A stretch of DNA of 33,987 nt from Priapulus caudatus (GCF_000485595.1 NW_014577067.1:836321-870307); one strand, 5' to 3'; shown: positions 12,253 to 23,260, counted from the stretch's first letter. The notes: generated from the letters alone by a model not told the origin. A program made the numbers and translations.

Positions 12253-12770
12253 ACACTGCGCGCACGTGCGTACACGCGCGCACATGCGCGTAGACATACA
12301 CACACGTACGTACAAATACACGCACATATACACGTACACTTACAGGCACACGTGCACGCACATACACATAAAAACGCACGTAAAAAGTACGCATGCACGT
12401 ACACATACACGTACACGCACACAGCCATGTACACGTACACGTATAGACGTACAGGTACACGTACAGGCACACGTGTACGCACGTACACATAAAAATGCAC
12501 ATAAAACATACACACGCACGTACACATACACGTACACAAACGTACATGCACACACAGGCGCGTATACATACGCGTACACGTGCATCCGCGTATACACACA
12601 CACCCGCACGTACACGCACGTACACGCAGGTACGCGTACGCGCACACACGTACATAACACACGTACAGATGTACACATACACGTGCATGTACACGTACAC
12701 GTGCATGTACACGTACACGTGCGCGCACACACACGTACATAACACACACATACACCTACACGTATACATA
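12253..12770. repeat. Alternating purine-pyrimidine mosaic (ACACGT/ACAC/ACGC) with an internal ~121-bp duplication
   Basis: TACAGGCACACGTG at 12341 and 12462; CACATAAAAA at 12365 and 12486. Confidence 0.9.
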
Positions 12771-13010
12771 GCTTACATTGCGTGCGTACTGAGCAGCTTT
12801 GTAGATCTTCATGCTTGATATATTATTACGCGGCGGGGATATTAATCAATATCTGTCATTGATTGCCCGCCTTATTCGTAAGAAGGTCAACTCTTGATGC
12901 ATCTTGTCTACCTTTTAGCTTGCGTTATTTTATATCGTCTCGTCTTATTTCAATTATAAGCATCTGATCTTATTTGATTTTTGATTTGATTACGTGTCGA
13001 ATAATATCGT

Positions 13011-13013
<3 letters not shown>

Positions 13014-13056
<43 letters not shown>

Positions 13057-13110
13057 GCGTGTGTGTGTGTGCGCGTGTGCGTGTGCGTGTATATGCGTGT
13101 GAGTGAGTGT
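13014..13110. repeat. (GT)n microsatellite
   Basis: GT run with GCGT interruptions. Confidence 0.93.
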
Positions 13111-14439
13111 GAATCAGATCAAATGTGGATTTAATTAGGAGATTCCATTATCAAAAATAAAAACCTATATTTAATTAAGAAATAGAGATATGTAAGGAAA
13201 AATATAGATTTAATGAGGAAATTCCATCGAAATCATCAGACATCTGCACTTTAAAAATTCTTTTGGCATTTTACTATTTCAGCTATGACAATATGACTTA
13301 TTGAGCTGATGACAATATACCTTGGGTAATCAATAACCCGACCCCTGGTGATTCTGTCATGGCAAAAACCTCGCGCTACACTGAACAGCAGGGACATATA
13401 CTGACGTCACCATGGTTACCGGCCCATAAGAAATTCATGCCTTTCGCCCTGCGTACCTGATTTTTTATGTCCAGATGACAGCGTTTCAAAGGCATGATCT
13501 GACTCTAGTCCCTAAATGATCTGCTGCCTGGTGACCTATCGACCACGCGTTGAATCCGACGTCTCATGTTCTGGGGTGCATGCACTATCGGTTTCAGCCA
13601 CGGGTCAGTACACCGGAACCATACATATTCACGTACGAGCCGCCCGCATTGCATATAACCGAAAAATAAAGCAACGCATATACGCTCTATATGACCACGT
13701 CCCCCTCGCCGACCCCTCCGGCGCTGTTGAATGCATACACTGTTCTCTTTATAGATCGACAGACGCAGCCAGTCGCGGCGTATTCGAGCGCATTTCGTTT
13801 TCCCTGCTCGCATTGGCATTCAGATCACACGCAGCAATACGCGCGCCAGCGCATTTGCACCCAAATCGGCGAGGTCTGCATTGCAGGGCAGCGAGATTGC
13901 GCTGTGTACTGTAACAGCGGGGAGAAATGCTAAGCTGGATCTCTGAGTAGCTTATACTAACGGCCGCGAAAACTCCTTCGCGAGAAATCTTAAGCTGGAG
14001 ACAGGCAATTCGTTCACATGGGAGGCGAAATGTTCGCGGCCGTGGTGCAAACGTGCGAACACGCGCCATGACGCACACGCGAGCACACGCACACGCGCGC
14101 ATGCCCCCCCCCCCCACACACACAACACACAAACATGCGCGTACGCACAAACATGCATATACACATAGCCGTTGAAACTGAATGCCCCATTAGCCGCGGC
14201 AACGATTGCCACGCCCTCTTTAACGGTCGCGGCGGTTCCGCTTTGAAATTGCGCTTACGTAAGCAAAAGTGCCGCAAAACACTCGCCTTCACTCTGCCTA
14301 CAAAGCACACTCTATGTGATAATCGTTTACTGAAGCCGTGTTTGAAGTAGTTACGAGCATGTACGGTGTTCGCGGTTTATATGTACTGCGCGCCTACACA
14401 CGCAATCGGCGCTTGCTATTTTGCTTGACGTTATTTCGC

Positions 14440-14472
<33 letters not shown>
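14440..14472. repeat. (TA)n microsatellite
   Basis: Perfect TA run. Confidence 0.95.
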
Positions 14473-14473
<1 letters not shown>

Positions 14474-15734
14474 GCGATGAGAATTATTGCCCTTTGTTGC
14501 GTCTCGCGTTGTTTTCTTTCTCTTCTTCTTTTTCTCTTCTACGGAATTTACGTCATACGTCTCCTTATGTTACTTCTTCTTTTTTCCTTTTGTACGCTTC
14601 CTCATCTTCTTGTTGTTGTTGTCTTCCACTTAACCTATATACGTGTCATCTGTGCGTGGTTTCTCTCTTTACGACCATCTTCCTCTGTTGTTAGTCGCTT
14701 CGTCGTTGCTACTGTAATTGATTTTGGTTTATTGCTTAGCGAAAAAAACCTCTTCTCTGTCTAGTCTCCTATTTGTTTTCCATTTAGAGTTCTTCTACCT
14801 TTCGTCGTGTAATGAATCAATATTTGCAGCGTTATATCTATATTCCATAAGAAGGCGCTTGCGACGCGCTGCATTCGTCTGCCATTGCCGACCAAAAAAA
14901 ATGTTTGCGTTTGCGCGCTTTTCGCGACTATAGTGCGCGCGCGCGATCGATACGCCTTCATCGAAATCGAAGCCGACCAAAATACACAGTGAGCCGGTCG
15001 TTTAATTCCGGCGACACTCCGTCCGTGTGTATAACGGTTATACGACGTGTGAACGCAGCTTGCGACGCGACAGAATAGCTCTCGAACGCGTGCGGTCGAT
15101 GTCAGTGGTGTACGGGCAATCACAGCGAACTTCAGCCACCAATACAATGAAATGGCACTTCGGAAAACGCGCGAGCGGCATGTGAAAGGCCCGATCACGC
15201 ACTCGTCGCCCATTAGCCTACTTCAGTAATACAGTCGTATCTTCTCCGACTGTATCCGGACTGTGTAGCCTTTGTAGGGAGGAAGCAAGGAGGCAGCTTG
15301 GATAAGGCGTATATTTTAGATAAAAAAATAAAAGCAGATGCCAAATAAATGTAAATGACCTTAAGATAATAGCGACATCAGCATGCAGTTATCTGTGAAG
15401 CCCTCGTCTTACCCCCTCCCCCTCCCGCCACATCATGCACGTTGACTGGGAGCTGCGCCCATTCCCCCGCCATTACTCAACCTAGTCACAATAGATTGCA
15501 CGCCCCCTCCACATCCTCTAAGTATTTGGTTAGATTACGGCAGCGGAATATACAACCCGCACAAACTGCATCTCGGGCTTCTACGGCTAAAAAATACACG
15601 CAGCGGCATTACGTCGGTTTTACATGCGCAGCGCAGCGAGCGAGCAGCGTCCGACAACCACGCCACAAATCTCGCCGATCTTCCGAGTGAACGCAATCGC
15701 TGCAGCATTAGCCTTGCCGCTGCTAAGCTGGCCT

Positions 15735-16375
15735 GGATGGAGACAGGGCTGCTATCGAAGCTCATGCTTACATAAGGCCATGATAGAGACATGGCAAGCA
15801 CCCGCCGCCATCGTAGGCCACACGTATGATGCCACAGCGATGGATGGAGACAGGGCAAGCTCTGTCGAAGCGATGCTTACATAAGGCCGTGGCCCTGAAT
15901 GATAGCAAAATTCTCCAACTACAATCGATATCCATGCTTCTAATGCCACAATCTTGGATAGAGACAAAGCTGTGATAGTAACCTTGCCTATATACGGTCC
16001 AGAGCTCTGGATGTGGACAGCTACGCAAGCTATATAGAATCCCATGCTAGTATGACCACAACTCTGAATGGGTGTAGGCAAAGACTATAGAAGCCCTTGC
16101 TAGTATGACCACAACTCTGAATGGGTGTAGGCAAGAACTATAGAAGCCCCTGCTAGTATGACCACAACTCTGAATGGGTGTAGGCAAAGTCTGTTGATGC
16201 CCATGCTAGTATAACCACAACTATGCATGGGTGTAGGCAAGCTATATAGACGCCTATGATTGTAAGACCATAACTCTGCATGGGGGTAAGCAAGCTCTCT
16301 AAAAGCCCATGCTTGTAAGACCATAGCTCTCGATGGAGACAGGCAAGCCCTCTATATAGCAGCCTATGCTTATAG
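15735..16375 (+). repeat. 53-bp minisatellite, core unit TGCTAGTATGACCACAACTCTGAATGGGTGTAGGCAAAGACTATAGAAGCCCN
   Basis: Unit starts at 16045, 16098, 16151, 16204, 16257 and 16310 (period 53). Increasingly degenerate copies extend left to about 15735. Confidence 0.9.
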
Positions 16376-16538
16376 AGTCATATTGTGAGCGTTGCGTGTG
16401 TGCGAGCGTGTCTGTTTGCACGTCTCTCGGGGAATGTGTGCTCGCCTGCTCACGCCCGCCTCTCGAGTTCACCACATCCGAAGGACTTCTTCTTCTCGTG
16501 TTGTCATGCATATTTGCCTAGGGAGATTCGCGCCGCGC

Positions 16539-16541
<3 letters not shown>

Positions 16542-16581
<40 letters not shown>

Positions 16582-16661
16582 TGTGTGTGTGTGTGTGTGT
16601 GCACACCGTCTCCTCGCGAGGTGTTTTTTTCTCTTATGATCNNNNNNNNNNGTGTGTGCGT

Positions 16662-16704
<43 letters not shown>

Positions 16705-16724
16705 TGCGTGCGTGCGTGCGTGCG
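16542..16724. repeat. (GT)n/(GCGT)n microsatellites flanking a 10-N gap at 16642-16651
   Basis: GT runs on both sides of the N run. Confidence 0.93.
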
Positions 16725-16884
16725 TAAACCGTCGCTACTCGAAAGGTTTATTTCTCTCATGTAATTTCAAAATCTTAGCACCCGCCAGATGCATACGTCC
16801 CCCATGCCCTGACATTTCGCCGGCATATACGTGAGATCTGCATGTGTCCCGTCACAGGCATACTGTAGCAGATAGTAAGGCATA

Positions 16885-17030
16885 TTTCGCGGCGACCGTC
16901 ATTTGACTTATCAGCCTGGAGTGATTGGCAGGTAGTTCTAGCCAATCATTGTTGCGGCTAGGACGTTATAAAAGAAATGTTTGGCGACAAAGTACCGCAG
17001 TGTCGGCATGCACGCGCGAAAATCACGTGT
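16885..17030 (+). promoter_or_regulatory. Candidate Pol II promoter: two CCAAT boxes, TATA box, E2F-like sites and an E-box
   Basis: TGATTGGC at 16922-16929, AGCCAATCA at 16940-16948, TATAAAAG at 16967-16974, CAGT at 16998-17001, TTTCGCGG at 16885-16892, GCGCGAAA at 17014-17021, CACGTG at about 17024. Motif evidence only. Confidence 0.3.
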
Positions 17031-17429
17031 AACGTTGTCTAAACTGACCTGCGGGTGTGACTGGACCCACCTAGCAACAGTATCCAAGGAGAAGGCTTGG
17101 TTGGTTACCTCGCTCATACAGATAGGACCATTTATCCTTCATAGTAATCAGCGTCTCGTACGCTAGCAATACGCACCCGAGTCGATTGCCTGGTGCATTA
17201 GCGGCATGCTAGACTCCCGAGCACACAAACTGTTGGCGCATCGTTAATTATTACGTAGTTAACGCACGATGAGTTAATGCGCGTCGAATTATCACAATTA
17301 CTCCGTTACCAAACGATGCGAGCTGCTTGGCAGTCCGGCTCGTGTGTTTGCTAATGGACTTGTGTTACGGAATCTGTTATTATATCGTGTACTTCTTGCT
17401 TTGAGCCGTAGCTTGCTATTATGCCCTGC

Positions 17430-18275
17430 ACTGTTATTAAATATTCCAATATTGTTATATACTCGAATTTGTAATTTCTACATACCTTATATTTTGGGAT
17501 GCCATAAACTGTTATATATCCTCATTTTTATGTACCCCACATGGTTACATACCTTGCAATATTACGTACGATACAATGTTATATACCTTATATTGTTATA
17601 TACATTGTTATAATTTGTTACATTGTTATATACCTTATATTGTTACATACCCTGAATTGTTATATACACTGTAACATGTATAATAATGTGTAATAACATG
17701 TATAATAATGTGTAATGTATGTATGTATAATGTCTTTTGCATGTGTTACATGGATTAGTCAGTGGAGCTAGACTGGTAGTTGTTTTAGCCATAGTCTAGC
17801 TAGACAGAGCGTCGCGCAACAAGATGCGCGGCTACATTGATGTATTAGGGAGAATGGTAGACATGGTTAGGTTAGACAGATTAGAGGGTCATTGTGAAAT
17901 GGGGGGTAGGACGCGGTCTGTGAGAACGGGTACATGTGCGTGGTGCATGTGGTTTGTAGGAGTTTTGGGGGAATATAGAGAGAGGATGTAAGAGTAGAAA
18001 GGATTCGGGTCCTGGGCGCGGAGGTGAGCACACGCGCGTATGCGCCTGTGCGCGTTCTTTGTCTCTTTGTGCGATGTGACGACACTGTGTATGCGTTATT
18101 AAAGTTTATGCCGGTTACAACACAAGTTTGGATTTATATCATCCTTCTTGTTTACAACACTACATTGTTACATAACCCATTTTTCTATACACCCTACATT
18201 GTTACATACCTACAATTTTATATACCTTATATTGTATCTGTTGTACCTATTGTATTTTCTATTGTACCTGTTATG
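17430..18275 (+). repeat. Degenerate AT-rich ~17-18-bp repeat (ATTGTTATATACCTTAT-like) in two blocks, about 17430-17720 and 18140-18275, separated by unrelated sequence
   Basis: Repeated TTGTTAYATACC motifs. The segment from about 17510 resembles the segment from about 18165. Confidence 0.65.
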
Positions 18276-18587
18276 TCTTCTGTGTAGATCTAGTTATTTT
18301 TTGCTTCATGTGCCACGGAAACTCATACGCTAAAAACATCGCATGTCCGTGCACAACGCAAAGCTTGGAAATATCCATAATACGCGCTTTAATGGGCGGT
18401 TTGGTGGATAGACGCTGTTTACATATTGTATAAGGCGTTTAGTTTATATTTGCACGGCGTGTGATGTCTATTCTGTACACGATATAGCCATCTATTAACG
18501 AACTGTATAAGAATACCCCCGAGCCGTATAGGCAGGCAATGGGGTATCGGTGGAACTAATCCGCAGCGCGGCGCTGATCGTCAACTT

Positions 18588-19402
18588 TAGTCAGGTCCCT
18601 CAGCTTCATGATCAAAACATGATCAAAGCATGATCTCAGAGCTGACAAAAGCATCAAACTTGGCACAGTTGTAGCCTATGGCAGTACTATAAATATTAGA
18701 GGGGTGCCCAATGTAGATATTCCTTAGAAGTGAATTACAGATGATTAAAATGTTCGAACCACGCCCGCCTGTACTGGCGCATTGTAATATACAGCTGTTA
18801 CCCCCCCCCCCGCGCGTATACGCTATTGCGCTATAGGCGGCATGAACGTGTATTAACTCTCATATCTCGCGAACGAATTGAGGTACATTTCTAAAAATCT
18901 AGATACATATAAACACATGTCTTAGCTATGGTCTCTGTGAATTTTGAGTTTATTGACGCACGATTAGTCAATATATTAGCAAATATATGCGCGCGGAAGT
19001 GAATTACAGATGATTAAATGTTCGAACCACCCGACTCCGAACCCCCTACCGCGCCCGCCTGTACTGTGTGTACTGGCGCATTGTACACCTGGTACATGTA
19101 ACATCAGTGATCTATACTATACTAACTATACTAATTACTAAATACTAATTAGTATAGTAGAGATCAGTGGTATACATGCATGCATATACATGTGGCATTG
19201 TATACAGGCGGGCGCGGTAGGGGGGTTCGGAGTCGGGTGGTTCAAACATTTAATCATCTGTAATTCACTTCTAAGGAATATCTGCATTGGGCACCCCCTA
19301 TAATAATTATAGTACTGCCATAAGCTACAACTGTGCCAAGTTTGAGACTTTTGTCACTCCAGTAACGATTCGGCCCATATTTTGCACTAAGGGACCTGAC
19401 TA
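18588..19402. mobile_element. Non-autonomous DNA transposon, 815 bp, Academ-like
   Basis: Perfect 13-bp termini TAGTCAGGTCCCT / AGGGACCTGACTA. 3-bp TSD CTT at 18585-18587 and 19403-19405. About 120-bp subterminal inverted arms at 18643-18762 and 19236-19356. The superfamily is inferred from the TAG..CTA ends and 3-bp TSD; no transposase is present. Confidence 0.85.
19105..19169. mobile_element. 65-bp AT-rich hairpin mini-element nested in the Academ-like element
   Basis: CAGTGATCTATACTATACTAA / TTAGTATAGTAGAGATCAGTG, a 21-bp inverted repeat with 2 mismatches. No clear TSD. Confidence 0.55.
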
Positions 19403-20612
19403 CTTGCGGGTTGCTGAGTAACCGAGTTGACGATCAGCGCCGCTAGCGGCAGGTGCGCGCATAGCCGGTGTCTTATAGGGTGTTGATTTTGTGTACTTGC
19501 GCACACCGTGAATGACAACGTTTACAGTAGTCGGCTGAGTTGCCCATCACGGTCGGCCGTGTAATGCGCATACTGTAAGGAAATTTTGCACGACAATGTC
19601 CATAGAATTGCATTGAATAGATGGCATGCCTTGATGGCACAGGGGGATTTTCACTAGATAACTGCATCCATTAACTATTGATGGCCTGGAAATTATGGTC
19701 AGTACAGCACAACTGCCTTAAAGCAATTAGATTTGCCTCGCAATATCCCCTACCCTTCATACGCAAGGTTATTTTATGGAATTGGATCACTGAATACGCA
19801 TACGAATAAATTGTGTGCGCGTGCGTGCGTGCGTGGGTGCGCGTGCATTATCAGATTAGTATGTGCCATAGCAAACAGAATTAATGTGACGTTTATAACT
19901 GCACGTAACATTTTCAATCATGACGCAATCATGACAGATTTATAAAAGCAAACGCAGGAAAAGTTAGGCAAAAAAGCAATAAAAGCAAGGCGTTAGTTTT
20001 GAAAGAATAACGTACAATTACCTACCATGAGCCATCTCCATATTGCCAAAGCAATAACGGCAGCTGTTACTATAGCTGGATTCTAAAGGGTATGATCAAG
20101 ATACGACAGGTAAAATAGACCTGTAATGATTAAGGATGGGAAGCCCCGTAGATTTCCGAAGCTATTTCAATGAAATGACCCAGATTGAGCAGTGGGTCCT
20201 GCGTGCCATGGAGACGGGATAGAATTGTTGTCCAGGTTAAAAGTTACAAACCTGAAATTATTCGTTTTGCAGGTGAACAAATACCGCCCAGCGCTAAAAG
20301 AATGAGCCTTATTTGCTTGAGAAGGTTAGGAGGTCCATTACCACTTTCCTATGTAAAAATATGCCATTTCCCATTTTCCGGTTTCCGCTTGAAATCGCAA
20401 TTTCGGCTTTCATGCGCCGCGCAGTTGACTTCTTTTCACGAATTACGAAAATATTTGTCCAATGTATTTGTAAAATGGTCCAATCCTGCGTTCTGACAAT
20501 AACAGCCCCGCCCTCGCTCTTACGTGTGCGAAGCTCACATTCTGTTGGAAAACTCCTACACTTGCATGAACGTGAACGATATATTACTTATGTTACTCTA
20601 CAGTAACTATAT

Positions 20613-20728
20613 CAAGAGCTGATAATAGGCCTACATATTATTATTATGTAATATTATATATTATCATTATATTTTATATATAGTATTATATTATAACACC
20701 TATACTATATAGGTATTATCAGCTCTTG
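20613..20728. mobile_element. 116-bp hairpin mini-element with AT-rich simple-sequence interior
   Basis: Perfect 15-bp inverted repeat CAAGAGCTGATAATA (20613-20627) / TATTATCAGCTCTTG (20714-20728). No clear TSD. Confidence 0.6.
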
Positions 20729-21384
20729 GCCAGATACTAGTGAAACATCGCCGACTCATCTCTCTAATTCTACGTACCGTCTGATGGGTAATGCATATAG
20801 ATCTCTTGACGTGATGCGCCATGATGCCGAGGCGCGCCGAGGATTGACACTTTGTGTCTTCCAATCACAGCCTACGCCGCACCAGTGTTTTATATTTTTA
20901 AATATGGGGACCCATTGGACCACCAAATCGCCGATATCAGGAACTAGGACATTCTGCTGGACTAGAACGGTTTCCTACGATAGAGTTTGGCACAAATACA
21001 AAAATAACACGCTGTTTAGCGCACTGCGCTACGTCCTTCTGTTGCATTCTCGCATTTCCGTAATCAGAATAAGCCCCGCCTTCTTCGTTGATGGGCATGA
21101 ATGGGGCGTAAACGACGTGACCCGTTACTGCGTGTAGGTGTTTGGCGAGACTGTTTGCTTTTTGTAAATAATGAAAGCCTCGGCCGATGCATTTCGCACC
21201 GAAGTGGAAAAAATAGGCATTTTTACCCGCTTTCGGAAGTGAAGGAGTGCGTGATTCATTAAACTTGAAAGTTTTTCTTAAAATTAAATAATTTCGAAAA
21301 TCTCTAACCGCGCTACTCGAGTGTTTTAGCCAATGAACGTAGCTGTGTGTGTGACGTCTTGCTCGCGCGCTTTATGTTGGCTTA

Positions 21385-21567
21385 AGCTAGCAGCACACTT
21401 CACCATTTTCGTTGCTCGTACAGGCAATTTTCGTGGTCGGCAATTTTTGTGGCCGTTGCCGCGTTACAGCACACTTCACCACAAGTTGCCACCACGAGCA
21501 ATTTTCGTGGTGAAAAATCAAACCGGTTCAATACGAGCAACGAAAATGGTGAAGTGTGCTGCTAGCT
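21385..21567. mobile_element. PIF/Harbinger-type MITE, 183 bp
   Basis: Perfect 36-bp TIRs at 21385-21420 and 21532-21567 (AGCTAGCAGCACACTTCACC...). TTA TSD at 21382-21384 and 21568-21570. Confidence 0.92.
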
Positions 21568-22253
21568 TTAGCGGGCCTCGAAATGGATATCGGAGGCACG
21601 CACCCCGCAACACGCGTGTTTGTTTACATATAGCTTTGTGACATCAGGATGGGCGGTGTCGGGAGTTCTGCGATGATAACTTCGTAATTTATCAGCATTT
21701 CTTAAGGTGTCAGTTAGTCACATATATGTCACAGTAAGTACTAACCGAATATGTTTCAAATACGTTCACCTATTTTGCACACAGGCGGTTGATCATTGAG
21801 AAAAATTGTGTGAAGATTTATTTTTATTGAGACGTTTCAAGTGCCTGTGCTTTTATCAGTGTTGTACGTCAATGCACGTGCGTCAAGAGCCATAAACTCA
21901 ACACAATTTCATCTCTGTTATTGTTTACGCCTGAATGCATGATTGATCAGGAAGGGGGTGCATGTAAGAGGGAGACATTTTCTTTGGGGTTCCGAGAAAC
22001 ACAATTCCACTTGACAATTTCATGGGCCATTTCAATTGGAAGCTCTGCATAATGAACCCCCAACAAGCCGATTGACTGACTAGTCAAGAAATTCAAAGGT
22101 CTGTATATTGCTCTTATTTAGCCGCCGATAGTTTTCATTTAGAACAAAGTCTTCATTGTTATCTTCTAAAACTACAGACCATCCGATGACCGCTGTTGAG
22201 ACGTGCGCCGGGCCTCGAATTTGGCGCACGTCTCCACTGCGGACAGCGCTTAC

Positions 22254-22758
22254 GCAGGATTCATCTGTATGGATTGACTGTATAGGCATATCCTCATCTT
22301 GCAAAAGACAGATAAAAAGGGTATAGCTTACATAAAAATAATTAACGCAATTTGATCACCGTGTTCGCACCGCGGCGCATAATAATTTAATTGCCTGCGA
22401 CAATTTCCTGTCTGGCTCTGATGGATCATGCATTGCGTAATCTTGCGGGAATGACACGGAAGAGCCCTGCAGCTCTAACGGACGGAAACAGCGACGGGAT
22501 AGCGTCGACTCGCCGACTCTGCCGGCCGATTATATATATATAATATATCATAGCATGGCTAACGTTAAGCGTGTTCGGCGATTTTATCATGGTCACATAA
22601 CACGCGTGTCGATACTTACGTACACAGAACGTGATGACGTCAGTGTACCCGGGGAAAAGTCGTTTGAGAGTAGTTCTTTGATCAATGGTATTTTCTCTGA
22701 TCTTGTCGAGAACACGTCTTCGCGTGTTTGTTAAGCGCCAACAACAACAGCGGGGTCG
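22254..22758 (+). repeat. ~505-bp direct repeat, copy 1
   Basis: Colinear with 24632-25144 from GCAGGATTCATCTG to CAGCGGGG(C)TCG. Differences are mostly 1-2 nt indels. Confidence 0.95.
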
Positions 22759-23104
22759 TGAATTGTTGCACACTGCATTGACGTCGCTGATAGCGGTTAT
22801 TCACTGCACTTGCCACGCTAAGCAGCGTCGCGGTTAGCTATAGGAAATTGCAACTCAACTAACAATTTCGCAGACAATAAAGTGGCTTAACGTTTCATAG
22901 ATTTGCGCCTAGCCGCAGTCGATCAGTTGCGGTGTGACGACAACTCAAATCTATTGTCAATGAACTATACTGCATTACTGCGGCTGTGCATCTGCACGAA
23001 TCATTACCGATTACACTACACAAACATATGGGCGCCCATTGTTAAAACGACATGCGTATTCGGGTAGCGTAGGATATTATTTAATATGGAGTAATAACAC
23101 GAGC

Positions 23105-23260
23105 AGGAGAAAGAGAGAGAGCGAGAGAGAGAGGGATAGAGAGAGGAGAGGAGACGGGAGGAGGGAGAGGGAGAGGGAGACGAGAAAGAGAGAGCATCGA
23201 GAGAGAGAGAGAGAAGACGAGAAAGAAAGCAGCCGAGAGAGAGAGAAGAGAGAGAGCGGG
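23105..23260. repeat. Degenerate (GA)n tract
   Basis: Polypurine GA mosaic. Confidence 0.88.

Larger units (their letters stand above)
18568..19443. repeat. Small palindromic host element split by the 815-bp insertion
   Basis: Perfect 19-bp inverted repeat GCGGCGCTGATCGTCAACT (18568-18586) / AGTTGACGATCAGCGCCGC (19425-19443). Confidence 0.8.

Noticed and set aside
14934..14992. RRM RNP1-like peptide RDRYAFIEIE with a GTGAG donor-like site
   Set aside because: Too short, and no other RRM exon is visible.
16045..16330. CRISPR-like or coding repeat
   Set aside because: The whole 53-bp unit is conserved, there are no spacers, and the frame shifts with every unit.
20137..20306. Protein-like peptide MGSPVDFRSYFNEMTQIEQWVLRAMETG plus a downstream acceptor TTTTGCAG
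   Set aside because: It ends in an in-frame stop, the implied intron is only about 36 nt and no family is identifiable.
22080..22304. Minus-strand exons (44-nt exon 22254-22297 with a GTAAG donor; EDNNEDFVLNENYRR segment)
   Set aside because: Splice phases of the open frames do not join, the second repeat copy lacks the donor, and I recognise no homology.
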